Assembly: GCA_965277185.1 (NCBI GenBank)
Contig: CBDICC010000009.1
Span: 51,087 to 115,086, forward strand
Length of the DNA: 64,000 nt
Reading direction: 5' to 3'
DNA from: Cytophagales bacterium
GTDB lineage: Bacteria > Bacteroidota > Bacteroidia > Cytophagales > JAHDFW01
Part shown: piece by piece, positions 51,292 to 59,692 of the stretch
How positions within the stretch are numbered: position 1 is the first letter of the stretch
Layout of the letters: each line of letters starts with the position of its first letter
Notes under the pieces: model-generated
Database searches by the model: none
Seen by the model: the letters and a program-made list of their open reading frames with translations, nothing else
What the model was told of the DNA's origin: nothing
Made by a program: the position numbers and the translations under genes

Positions 51292-52362
51292 TTATGCGTA
51301 TTTGGATTCAAATTGCTGCATTACATCGACTAAGGCGAGTACGCTTGATTTAGTCATCGCATTGTACATGGAAGCTCTGAACCCGCCTATACTTCGATGC
51401 CCTTTAATTCCAGAAATCATGTCATCCTCACAGAGTTCAAGGAATTTAGCTTCTAAGGTTGGATCGTTTAACTGGAACGTGGCGTTCATAACAGATCGAT
51501 CACTTGTTTTTACAATTCCGGAGAAAAGCGCATTTCTGTCGACTTCTTTATATAAGATGGTCGCCTTTTCTGAATTTCTTTTAGCAATTGCATCCAGTCC
51601 GCCTTCGTTTTTAAGCCAAGTTAAGGTTTGCAACATGGCATAAATAGCAAAAGTAGGGGGTGTGTTAAACATAGACCCTTTATCTATGTAATTTTGGTAA
51701 TCGAGCATGGATGGAATGGCGCGATTCGTTTTTCCTAATAAATCTTTTCGAACGATAACCAAGGTTATACCCGATGGACCAATATTCTTTTGTGCTCCGG
51801 CATAAATTAATGCAAATTTTGACACATCGATTTTTCGACTAAGAATATCGGAAGACATATCCGCAACCACTGGAATCGGTGATTCTGGAAATTCGTTTAA
51901 CTGTGTTCCGTAAATTGTATTATTGGTCGTTAAATGAAAATAATTAGCGTCCGTTGGAATGGTATAATCGGTAGGTATATGCTTGTAATTATCTTCCTTG
52001 GAAGACGCGACAATTTTTGTATCTCCAAATATTTGAGCTTCCTTGATTGCTTTTGAGGCCCAAGTACCTGTATCTAAATAGCAGGTAGATCCTCCTTCTT
52101 TTTGAAGGTTATATGGGATCATACAAAATTGCATACTGGCGCCACCTTGAATAAATAGCACTTCATGCGTGTCTGGAATCTCAAGCAGTTCAATTAATAA
52201 ATTTCTTGTTTGATTTAAGATATTTACAAATTCGGGACTACGATGTGAAATTTCCAAAAGCGATAATCCCATATCATTCAATTCCAATACCGCTTTAGCA
52301 CATTGTTGGAAAGTGAATTCTGGTAAAATAGAAGGTCCCGCAGAAAAATTATGTTTTTTCAT
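51292..52362 (-). CDS. serC: Phosphoserine aminotransferase
   Basis: MKKHNFSAGPSILP... is the typical SerC N-terminus. The ORF is open to a TTG at 52371, but the ATG at 52362 fits better. Other motifs are GGASMQF and ADMSSDILS...YAGAQKNIGPSG (PLP lysine region). Confidence 0.9.
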   Translation of the reverse strand: MKKHNFSAGPSILPEFTFQQCAKAVLELNDMGLSLLEISHRSPEFVNILNQTRNLLIELLEIPDTHEVLFIQGGASMQFCMIPYNLQKEGGSTCYLDTGTWASKAIKEAQIFGDTKIVASSKEDNYKHIPTDYTIPTDANYFHLTTNNTIYGTQLNEFPESPIPVVADMSSDILSRKIDVSKFALIYAGAQKNIGPSGITLVIVRKDLLGKTNRAIPSMLDYQNYIDKGSMFNTPPTFAIYAMLQTLTWLKNEGGLDAIAKRNSEKATILYKEVDRNALFSGIVKTSDRSVMNATFQLNDPTLEAKFLELCEDDMISGIKGHRSIGGFRASMYNAMTKSSVLALVDVMQQFESKYA

Positions 52363-52516
52363 TAAATGCAACGATTAACAGGGGTGAGGTTTTTATTAAT
52401 ACAATAAATAAATCAATAGCAGGCTGAATTCAATTCAGTCAACTTAATAAATGAAATGCAATGCAATGGAATACAAAACAAAATAAGACAATAAAATAAA
52501 AGAAGATGGATGCTTC

Positions 52517-53998
52517 TTAGCTCAAGCGCGTTCTCCAATTTTTGGCTTTGACACCTTGATCATAGGATTTCCAACTCGGTTTTTCCATTAACGTTTCGGC
52601 AAATAACGCTGCAATTTCTGCATTTTCTTTATGCTCTTCTTCCAAAATTTCTGGTGAAAAATAATTTGCTACAAAATGCGTGTCAAATTTACCAGATAAA
52701 AAGTCAGGATGGTTGAATACAAATTTACCAAACGGGAGGGTTGTCTTAACTCCTTTGATTTCAAACTCATCGATGGCTTTTAACATATTTTGAATGGCAT
52801 CGTTTCGATCTTTTCCATAAGTGATCAATTTTGCTAGCATTGGATCATAATAGATTGGAATCTCCATTCCTTGATTGAATCCTGTATCTAACCGAACGTT
52901 TGGTCCTGTTGGTGCTTTGAAAATTTCTAACGTACCAATATCTGGTGTGAAATTATCTTCTGGATCTTCCGCATATAGCCTCAATTCAACCGCATGACCT
53001 GTGATGGTAAGGTCTTCTTGATTAAATGATAATGGTTCGCCTTGTGCTACTTTAATTTGCTCCTGAACCAAATCTACTCCTGTAATAAGTTCCGTAACTG
53101 GATGCTCTACCTGAAGTCGCGTGTTCATTTCTAAGAAATAGAAATTAAGATCTTCGTCTACAATGAATTCTACTGTTCCTGCTCCTTCATAGTCACATGA
53201 ACGGGCCACATTTACGGCAGATTCACCCATGGCTTTCCGCATAGCTTCAGAAACTACAGGAGAAGGTGCTTCTTCGACCACTTTCTGATGTCTTCGTTGG
53301 ACTGAACATTCCCGTTCAAACAAGTAAACAACGTTTCCATGTTGATCAGCCATTATTTGGATTTCGATGTGCTTAGGAGAGCCAATGTATTTTTCAACAA
53401 ATACTTCTCCATTTGCAAAAGATGAAACGGCTTCGCTTACCGCTCGATCCATTTGTTCTTCAAATTCTTCTTCTGATTTAACAACTCTCATCCCTTTTCC
53501 ACCACCACCGGCGCTGGCTTTGATCATAATAGGGAATCCAATTTCAGCAGCTAATTTTTTAGCTTCTCCAATGTCAGTTATCGCTCCTGGAGAACCAGGG
53601 ACTTGTGGGATGTCAAATTTACTTACGGTTGCTTTCGCTGAAAGTTTGTCTCCCATTACTTCAATTGCATGAGGTTTAGGGCCAACAAATATGATTCCAG
53701 CATCTGTTACACTTCTTGCAAAATCAGCATTCTCAGATAAAAAACCATATCCAGGGTGAATTGCATCCACTCCAAGTTCTTTTGAAACTTCAATTATCTT
53801 ATCACCTAAGAGATAGGATTCGGAAGAGGGAGGAGGACCAATACATACAGCCTCATCAGCGAATCGAGTATGCAATGCATTTCGGTCAGCTTCACTGTAT
53901 ACTGCTACGGTTTTGATGCCCATAGCTTTTGCCGATTGCAAAACGCGCATTGCAATTTCACCTCTGTTGGCGACCAATAATTTAGATATCTTTTTCAA
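52517..53998 (-). CDS. accC: Biotin carboxylase (acetyl/acyl-CoA carboxylase biotin carboxylase subunit)
   Basis: 493 aa with a TTG start. Motifs include KLLVANRGEIAMRV, the ATP-grasp region (GFPIMIKASAGGGGKGMRVV) and EMNTRLQVEHPVTE. There is a ~45-aa C-terminal extension beyond the usual end. Confidence 0.88.
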   Translation of the reverse strand: MKKISKLLVANRGEIAMRVLQSAKAMGIKTVAVYSEADRNALHTRFADEAVCIGPPPSSESYLLGDKIIEVSKELGVDAIHPGYGFLSENADFARSVTDAGIIFVGPKPHAIEVMGDKLSAKATVSKFDIPQVPGSPGAITDIGEAKKLAAEIGFPIMIKASAGGGGKGMRVVKSEEEFEEQMDRAVSEAVSSFANGEVFVEKYIGSPKHIEIQIMADQHGNVVYLFERECSVQRRHQKVVEEAPSPVVSEAMRKAMGESAVNVARSCDYEGAGTVEFIVDEDLNFYFLEMNTRLQVEHPVTELITGVDLVQEQIKVAQGEPLSFNQEDLTITGHAVELRLYAEDPEDNFTPDIGTLEIFKAPTGPNVRLDTGFNQGMEIPIYYDPMLAKLITYGKDRNDAIQNMLKAIDEFEIKGVKTTLPFGKFVFNHPDFLSGKFDTHFVANYFSPEILEEEHKENAEIAALFAETLMEKPSWKSYDQGVKAKNWRTRLS

Positions 53999-54125
53999 TT
54001 TGCCGATTTATTAGTTTTCAATGTAAAACAAGTAAGAATTGAAGTAAAGACAAAGTAAAATTTGTACATAGTTGGGGCTTGAAAGGAATCCACTGTTTGA
54101 GATTGGTAGTTGAGGCGAAAAAACA

Positions 54126-54133
54126 TACCTTTG
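54126..54133 (+). promoter_or_regulatory. Candidate -7 promoter box (TAnnTTTG) only 4 nt before the ATG
   Basis: Exact match TACCTTTG followed by TTGT then ATG (54138). Same geometry as at 43580. Confidence 0.25.
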
Positions 54134-54137
54134 TTGT

Positions 54138-54797
54138 ATGTATACATCTGCAGAGGAAAACTACATTAAAGGGATTTATAAATTGGCTGATAAGGCCAAA
54201 AGTGGATCAGTTTCGACTAACGAAATTGCAGAATTAATGCATACTGCGGCCGCTTCCGTAACGGATATGGTCAAGAAGCTATCTCAAAAGAACATACTAG
54301 AGTATCGAAGGTATCAAGGGGTACAGCTCACGGAGCTAGGAACCAAGACCGCCTTGAAAATAATTCGAAAACATCGATTATGGGAGGTTTTTCTGGTAAA
54401 TAAACTAAATTTCAATTGGGATGAGGTGCACGAAATTGCCGAGCAATTGGAACATATTAAATCACCTGCCTTGATTGATCGTTTGGATGAATTTCTAGGC
54501 TATCCGTCTTATGATCCTCATGGAGATCCTATTCCAAATAAAGAGGGCGAGGTTGTTGAGCGACAAAAGTCCTTGTTAATAGATTTAACGGAGAAGAGCA
54601 CGGGTGTAGTGGTTGAGTTAGGAGATACGTCGGATACTTTTTTACGATATCTTGATAAACTTGGCATTAATCTTGGAAGTCATATTATGGTATTGGAACG
54701 TGTTGATTTTGATAATTCCATTGAAATCAGGTTGAACGAAACGAAGTCCATTAGTGTTTCTGAACGAGTAGCAAGCAATATTTATATATCCATTTAA
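54138..54797 (+). CDS. DtxR/MntR-family metal-dependent transcriptional repressor with C-terminal FeoA/SH3-like domain
   Basis: 219 aa. SAEENYIKGIYKL...VSTNEIAELMHTAAASVTDMVKKL is the wHTH. RKHRLWEVFL...EVHEIAEQLEH...DPHGDPIP is the metal-binding/dimerisation region. Confidence 0.85.
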   Translation: MYTSAEENYIKGIYKLADKAKSGSVSTNEIAELMHTAAASVTDMVKKLSQKNILEYRRYQGVQLTELGTKTALKIIRKHRLWEVFLVNKLNFNWDEVHEIAEQLEHIKSPALIDRLDEFLGYPSYDPHGDPIPNKEGEVVERQKSLLIDLTEKSTGVVVELGDTSDTFLRYLDKLGINLGSHIMVLERVDFDNSIEIRLNETKSISVSERVASNIYISI

Positions 54798-54862
54798 GAG
54801 GATTGCTCGAATTATTTGATTCTGTCAGTTCTTTTACGGATTTAAGAAAATTAATATCTCAA

Positions 54863-55459
54863 ATGAAAAATCATAATAGTAAGAAAAATAGTTTGAATCT
54901 TCCAATTTGGTTTACTGTGGTAGGCGTACTGATGATTGGATTAGTTGTATTTAGTTCATTTGTGCCGGGCAAGGAAGAGGCAAATGTAGAAATTGAGTGG
55001 CTTACTTTTGAAGAAGCAGTTGAACGTTCAAAAAAGGAACCTCGACCTATTTTTGTAGATGTATATACTCCTTGGTGTGGATGGTGCAAACGAATGGATA
55101 AGACAACGTTTGAGAATCCAAAGGTTGCGAAGTACATGCGCAAAAATTATTATTGCATTAAGTTCAATGCTGAAGGGAAGCAAGAGGTGGTACTGCCGCA
55201 CAAAACCTATACGAACCCGTCTAAAAATCATGAATTGGCAAAGGAATTGCTGGATAATAAAATGAGTTATCCTACGGTGGTTTATATGAATAAATCATTT
55301 ACAAAATTGCAAGCATTACCAGGCTATCGGGATGCCTACGAGTTTTTAAAGATTAGTACTTTTTTTGGTGAAGAGGCATATACTTCTACTTCCTGGGAAG
55401 CGTTTTCGGCGAAATTTGATGCGGAAAACAAAAAGCCAGCGGCTGTCGTAGATAAGTAG
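54863..55459 (+). CDS. Membrane-anchored thioredoxin-fold protein (DUF255/thioredoxin-like)
   Basis: The ORF is open from a TTG at 54803. The ATG at 54863 gives MKNHNSKKNSLNLPIWFTVVGVLMIGLVVFSS (TM anchor). The thioredoxin-type motif is VDVYTPWCGWCKRMD (CxxC). Confidence 0.75.
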   Translation: MKNHNSKKNSLNLPIWFTVVGVLMIGLVVFSSFVPGKEEANVEIEWLTFEEAVERSKKEPRPIFVDVYTPWCGWCKRMDKTTFENPKVAKYMRKNYYCIKFNAEGKQEVVLPHKTYTNPSKNHELAKELLDNKMSYPTVVYMNKSFTKLQALPGYRDAYEFLKISTFFGEEAYTSTSWEAFSAKFDAENKKPAAVVDK

Positions 55460-55541
55460 TCCAAAGCGGTAAAAACGATACTAAATCACAAAATGTACTA
55501 TTCGTACATCACATCACAACATATTACAATAATAGACTGAA

Positions 55542-56897
55542 ATGGAGGAACCAATCATTGCACTTGCAACCGCGAATGGAGTGGGCGCAATATCAGTATT
55601 GCGCTTGTCAGGAAAGGATTGTATTCAAATTGTGAATGACGTATTCAGAGGCAAGGATTTAACTGTTCAAGCGACCCACACGGCCCATTTTGGATATATT
55701 GAAGACAAGAAGCAAGAACGCACCTTGGATGAAGTATTGGTTACGATCTTTAAAAATCCAAATTCCTATACAAAGGAAGATTCAGTAGAAATTTCATGTC
55801 ATGGTTCGCCTTATATTGTAAAGGAGGTAATCAAGTTATTTTTGAGCAAGGGAGTACGTTTGGCAGAACCTGGAGAATTTACAAAACGTGCTTTCTTGAA
55901 TGGTCGTTTTGATTTAGCTCAAGCGGAAGCAGTGGCAGATTTAATTGCAAGTGAAACGAAATTGGGTCATGATTTGGCTTTAAAGCAACTTCGAGGTGGT
56001 GTTTCGAATGAAATTAAGGAGTTGCGGGAACGATTGATTCATTTTGCCTCATTGATTGAGTTAGAATTGGATTTTTCGGAGGAGGATGTGGAGTTTGCGG
56101 ATCGGGATTTATTGGTGAAATTGATCAATGAAATCAGGGAGTATTTAGCGAAATTGATTCATTCTTTTGAATATGGAAATGCGATCAAAAAAGGCGTTCC
56201 TGTGGCAATTGTAGGAAAACCGAATGCAGGGAAGTCTACGTTGCTTAATTCCTTATTAAATGAGGAAAAAGCCATTGTTTCCGATATTCCTGGTACTACT
56301 CGAGACTTTATAGAAGACGAATTGGTGATCGATGGAATTCCGTTTCGCTTCATTGATACGGCAGGAATTCGAGAGACCCAGGAGGAGATAGAAGCGATAG
56401 GAGTTCGCAAGGCAAAAGAGAAGATTGAAGAAGCTTCTATTGTATTGTACTTATTTGATGTAGTTACGAGTACGGAAGAAGAGGTGCACGCAGAAATTGA
56501 GGCATTGTCCTCCTCTAAGATTATTCCTGTAGCCAACAAGATTGATTCTGATGGCGCAAATATTGATTCGTTTTCTAATATATCGAATTTATACACCATT
56601 TCTGCTAAGGCAGGAGATCAGATTGAATTATTGAAGCAAGCACTAGTTGAGAAAGTGCAGACGGGAGATGTGGAAGGGAATAATACAATTATCTCCAGTT
56701 CGAGGCATTATCAAATGCTGGTAACGACCAATGAGTCGCTAGAAGCAGTTTTAATTGGGATCTCCAACGGACTAACAGGTGATTTCTTATCGATAGACAT
56801 TCGTACGGCGTTGGATGCGTTAGGGGAGATTACTGGAGAGATTTCTACGGATGATTTGCTGGATAATATCTTTAGTAAGTTTTGTATTGGAAAATAA
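55542..56897 (+). CDS. mnmE: tRNA modification GTPase MnmE (TrmE/ThdF)
   Basis: 451 aa. The G-domain has GKPNAGKSTLLN, DIPGTTRD and DTAGIR. The C-terminus is the canonical ..FCIGK. Confidence 0.95.
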   Translation: MEEPIIALATANGVGAISVLRLSGKDCIQIVNDVFRGKDLTVQATHTAHFGYIEDKKQERTLDEVLVTIFKNPNSYTKEDSVEISCHGSPYIVKEVIKLFLSKGVRLAEPGEFTKRAFLNGRFDLAQAEAVADLIASETKLGHDLALKQLRGGVSNEIKELRERLIHFASLIELELDFSEEDVEFADRDLLVKLINEIREYLAKLIHSFEYGNAIKKGVPVAIVGKPNAGKSTLLNSLLNEEKAIVSDIPGTTRDFIEDELVIDGIPFRFIDTAGIRETQEEIEAIGVRKAKEKIEEASIVLYLFDVVTSTEEEVHAEIEALSSSKIIPVANKIDSDGANIDSFSNISNLYTISAKAGDQIELLKQALVEKVQTGDVEGNNTIISSSRHYQMLVTTNESLEAVLIGISNGLTGDFLSIDIRTALDALGEITGEISTDDLLDNIFSKFCIGK

Positions 56898-57462
56898 CCG
56901 TCCAATAAACGGCAATCATATCCAATCAAATCTAAGTATAAACGAAGAGAACCTATCTTTTGGTTTCGTATACTTTCGTATCGTAGCCTATTTTCTTTAG
57001 GTTTTCTCTAGACTTTTGAAAACTCTAAACTTTTTCTGATTTCTTAGAATTGATTTCTAAATAGACACTACGGTACACCACCAGACACTACGAGACAATA
57101 CGAATCTGTAGGTTTGATGAGGTGGTTGGGAAGTTTAGAGATTGGTTTTTTCTATAATGATATCTGAACTGAAGGAATTAAATATACAGAGTATTTTGTT
57201 TATGCCTGTTTTCCTGTTGTCTCTTTAATTAACTCTAATTGGTTTTATATCTTCTATTCAGCTTAGTATATGGATGTGTTAGGTGAGTTTTATTTAGGTA
57301 TACTTAATAAGTAATAATATTAAATTAAGACTCCATCGGGTTATATACAGAAAAGTATATTTTTATAGATTAAAAATCTATTGTATCATGTAGCTTTGTA
57401 GTACACATATACATGATGCAATAACCCTTTTATCATAATAGCCACCTTGACCTAAATTAAAA

Positions 57463-58365
57463 ATGACACATAGACAAATAATTGATCAGCTAAAAGAATT
57501 TGATTTCGCTGAAGATAATAGAGATTATGTCCATCAAAAATTAAAAGATCTTGGTAAGTTTGGTGTTCTTCTTACTACTCTTCATAAAGGGAAACGAATT
57601 ATTCGTGCAAGATTATCTGAAAAGGAATCTTTCAAAAATATTTCCGATTTATCATTTAAACCACAAGAATACAATTCTACCTATCAGAGAGCCAGTACTC
57701 CGTACAAGACTATGTTTTACGGTTCTATTGTTCCAGAGATACAAGGGAACTCTGAACCACAAACGGCAAGAATTACGATCCTGTTTGAACTTAGTGAATT
57801 CGTAAGGAATACCAATACCAAAGGAGAACAAGATATTACCTATTCAGCATGGGAAGTTGTTGAAGATATAGAATTAATTTCGCTGATACATCATCAAGAT
57901 TTTGAGCGACCAACAGAATTGACTAAAAAGTTGAGATTAGATTTTGAAGGATTTATTTCTCAATATCCGGAACTCAAAACCCCCAGCCTTGAGATTAGTG
58001 AATATTTAGCTCACGAATATGCTAAAGATAAAATCCCTGACCATCTACATTATATGATATCTGGAATATATTCTGAGATTGGTAGTTCTAAATATGATGG
58101 TGTCTTATACCCAAGTGTTAGGCTTGCAGGAGAAGGAATTAATGTTGCAATTAAACCTGATACGGTAATTAATAAACTGAAATTTTTAGGTGCATCGGAG
58201 TGCACAGTGTATAAAAATGAGAAAGATGTTTTTGTTGGCAATAACACAAAATCAAGACTCGATAATAAAAATGAATTAGTATTTACCAAAATGGAAGAAA
58301 AGTATTACGTTTCAAAAGAAATAGGTAGGCAACAAGTTGGACTAAATATTGAAAATGATTCATAA
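57463..58365 (+). CDS. RES-domain-like protein (putative NAD+-targeting toxin family)
   Basis: 300 aa. It shows the spaced R...E...S signature: IIRARL / YQRASTPYKTMFYGS (R region), ARITILFELSEF (E) and YDGVLYPSVRLAGEGINVAIKPD (S, compare G.l.PS....g.N.v.f). The call comes from motif memory, not an HMM. Confidence 0.55.
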   Translation: MTHRQIIDQLKEFDFAEDNRDYVHQKLKDLGKFGVLLTTLHKGKRIIRARLSEKESFKNISDLSFKPQEYNSTYQRASTPYKTMFYGSIVPEIQGNSEPQTARITILFELSEFVRNTNTKGEQDITYSAWEVVEDIELISLIHHQDFERPTELTKKLRLDFEGFISQYPELKTPSLEISEYLAHEYAKDKIPDHLHYMISGIYSEIGSSKYDGVLYPSVRLAGEGINVAIKPDTVINKLKFLGASECTVYKNEKDVFVGNNTKSRLDNKNELVFTKMEEKYYVSKEIGRQQVGLNIENDS

Positions 58366-58435
58366 CAATGGTTAAAATAATAAATATATCAAAGTAGTCT
58401 TTTTACACTTTTAGCTTAGCATTATAACAATAAAA

Positions 58436-59176
58436 ATGAGTGAACATTACGAACACGATAAACAAATTACTGCCAGTATTCTAAAAGATATTGAAGAATA
58501 TAGAGTACATATTGCTTTTGTAGAAAGTGATGGGTATAATCCTAGATTTGGTTATTCTATTGGACTCTTTAAAGAGTTTAATCACCCTGAATTAATAATT
58601 ATTGGTCTTGACTCTGAATCAACAGGTGCAATAATTAATAGCGTAAAGGAAGAAATTGAAAAAGGAACTAAGTTTATAGAAGGGGTTAACTATGCTGATT
58701 TCTTGGTGGAGCTTCCTGTTCAATTTATTCAAGTCAAAAAAGAGCATTATCCAGATTATATGGGATATGCAGGATGGTATAATGATAATTCAATAGACTT
58801 CCCAACACTTCAGATTGTTTGGTCTGATCGAAAAGGAATTTTTCCTTGGGAAGCTGAATTTAATGATAATTTCAAGTTCAAACAGCCGTTATTGGATAGA
58901 AATACAGAATTTAAATTTCTGGAAGAACGAAATTTGGGTGTATTTACAACTTCAGATGTATTAGATGGAAAACCGATTAAATATGTCTACCATAATGAAG
59001 ATGGTGATTGGCAGTTTCAGTCGGAACAAGATCCTGATCTGGATAAAGCCAAACTTGTATGTTTGGAAGATATTATAAAAAAAGACATTACTCTGAACGA
59101 AATATATTATTTGAATTATGGAGAATCAGCTAAAAGAATTGAGGTTGGGGGAGAATGGGAAATATTTGAAAAATGA
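58436..59176 (+). CDS. DUF4262-like N-terminal domain fused to a DUF2185-like C-terminal domain
   Basis: 246 aa. The N-terminal half (FGYSIGLFKEFNHPELIIIGL...VQFIQV...FPTLQIVWSDRKGIFPWEAEF) matches the DUF4262 pattern I recall (FaYTvGL..hPEl.v.Gl...Q.vWpD..G.fPW). The C-terminal half (VFTTSDVLDGKPIKYVYHNEDGDWQFQS...LVCLEDII) resembles DUF2185. Confidence 0.6.
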   Translation: MSEHYEHDKQITASILKDIEEYRVHIAFVESDGYNPRFGYSIGLFKEFNHPELIIIGLDSESTGAIINSVKEEIEKGTKFIEGVNYADFLVELPVQFIQVKKEHYPDYMGYAGWYNDNSIDFPTLQIVWSDRKGIFPWEAEFNDNFKFKQPLLDRNTEFKFLEERNLGVFTTSDVLDGKPIKYVYHNEDGDWQFQSEQDPDLDKAKLVCLEDIIKKDITLNEIYYLNYGESAKRIEVGGEWEIFEK

Positions 59177-59179
59177 AAT

Positions 59180-59692
59180 ATGATAAGGTACTATAAAAGA
59201 AATTGGGAGGAAACACGTGGTGATGAATTTGATTCTTGGGGAACTTCTATCTGGTACTTTGAGGTAGGAAATGATAACTATCCAACCCGACAAATTGAGT
59301 TATATGAAAATGGGAATAGATTAAAATATCATTCAGATAAAACTTTTGATGATTATGGTGGGCTTGGTGATCAAGCATTTGATTTAGTTGAATTTGAGCA
59401 GTTTGAAATTGGAAAAGAGGAATTTGAAGAGGAATGGAGTAAGTCAAACCCGAAAAAAGAACACCAAGAAATTCTTGATTTAATATCTGATTATTTAGCA
59501 AACCATTATGACCAAAGATTTGGTCAAGCATTATTCAATTTAGGTATAAATGAATTTGTAAATAAAATGCAACCTGAAAAGGATAATCATAGAATTAGAG
59601 ATATACACAGTGACCAAGATAGTGTGATAATAGAACGGATTAAATCGCAGCTTGAATGGTTTGAAGAGCAGAAAAAAACAAATAATGATTGA
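59180..59692 (+). CDS. Hypothetical protein, immunity-protein-like N-terminal domain
   Basis: 170 aa, starting 3 nt after the upstream stop. The N-terminal pattern YYKRNWEE..GDEFDSWGTSIWYFEVGNDNYPTRQIELYENG...FEIGKEEFEEEW resembles small proteins found in polymorphic-toxin immunity gene arrays (weak recollection). The C-terminal half is helical (RFGQALFNLG...). Confidence 0.4.
   Translation: MIRYYKRNWEETRGDEFDSWGTSIWYFEVGNDNYPTRQIELYENGNRLKYHSDKTFDDYGGLGDQAFDLVEFEQFEIGKEEFEEEWSKSNPKKEHQEILDLISDYLANHYDQRFGQALFNLGINEFVNKMQPEKDNHRIRDIHSDQDSVIIERIKSQLEWFEEQKKTNND

Noticed and set aside
51302-53916. Plus-strand ORFs 51302-51643, 53367-53672 and 53716-53916.
   Set aside because: They are antisense shadows of serC and accC, both of which have unambiguous family motifs.
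56898-57462. A tRNA or tmRNA gene as the integration target at the island border.
   Set aside because: I recognised no T-loop-like GGTTCGAATCC/GGATTCGAACC word or cloverleaf-compatible segment here or anywhere else in the window.
57551-58289. ORFs 57551-57805 (+) and 58050-58289 (-) inside the RES-like gene. Similar nested ORFs occur at 59247-59531 and 60081-60338.
   Set aside because: They are out of frame or antisense within longer ORFs that carry recognisable motifs, and they show AT-rich shadow-frame composition.
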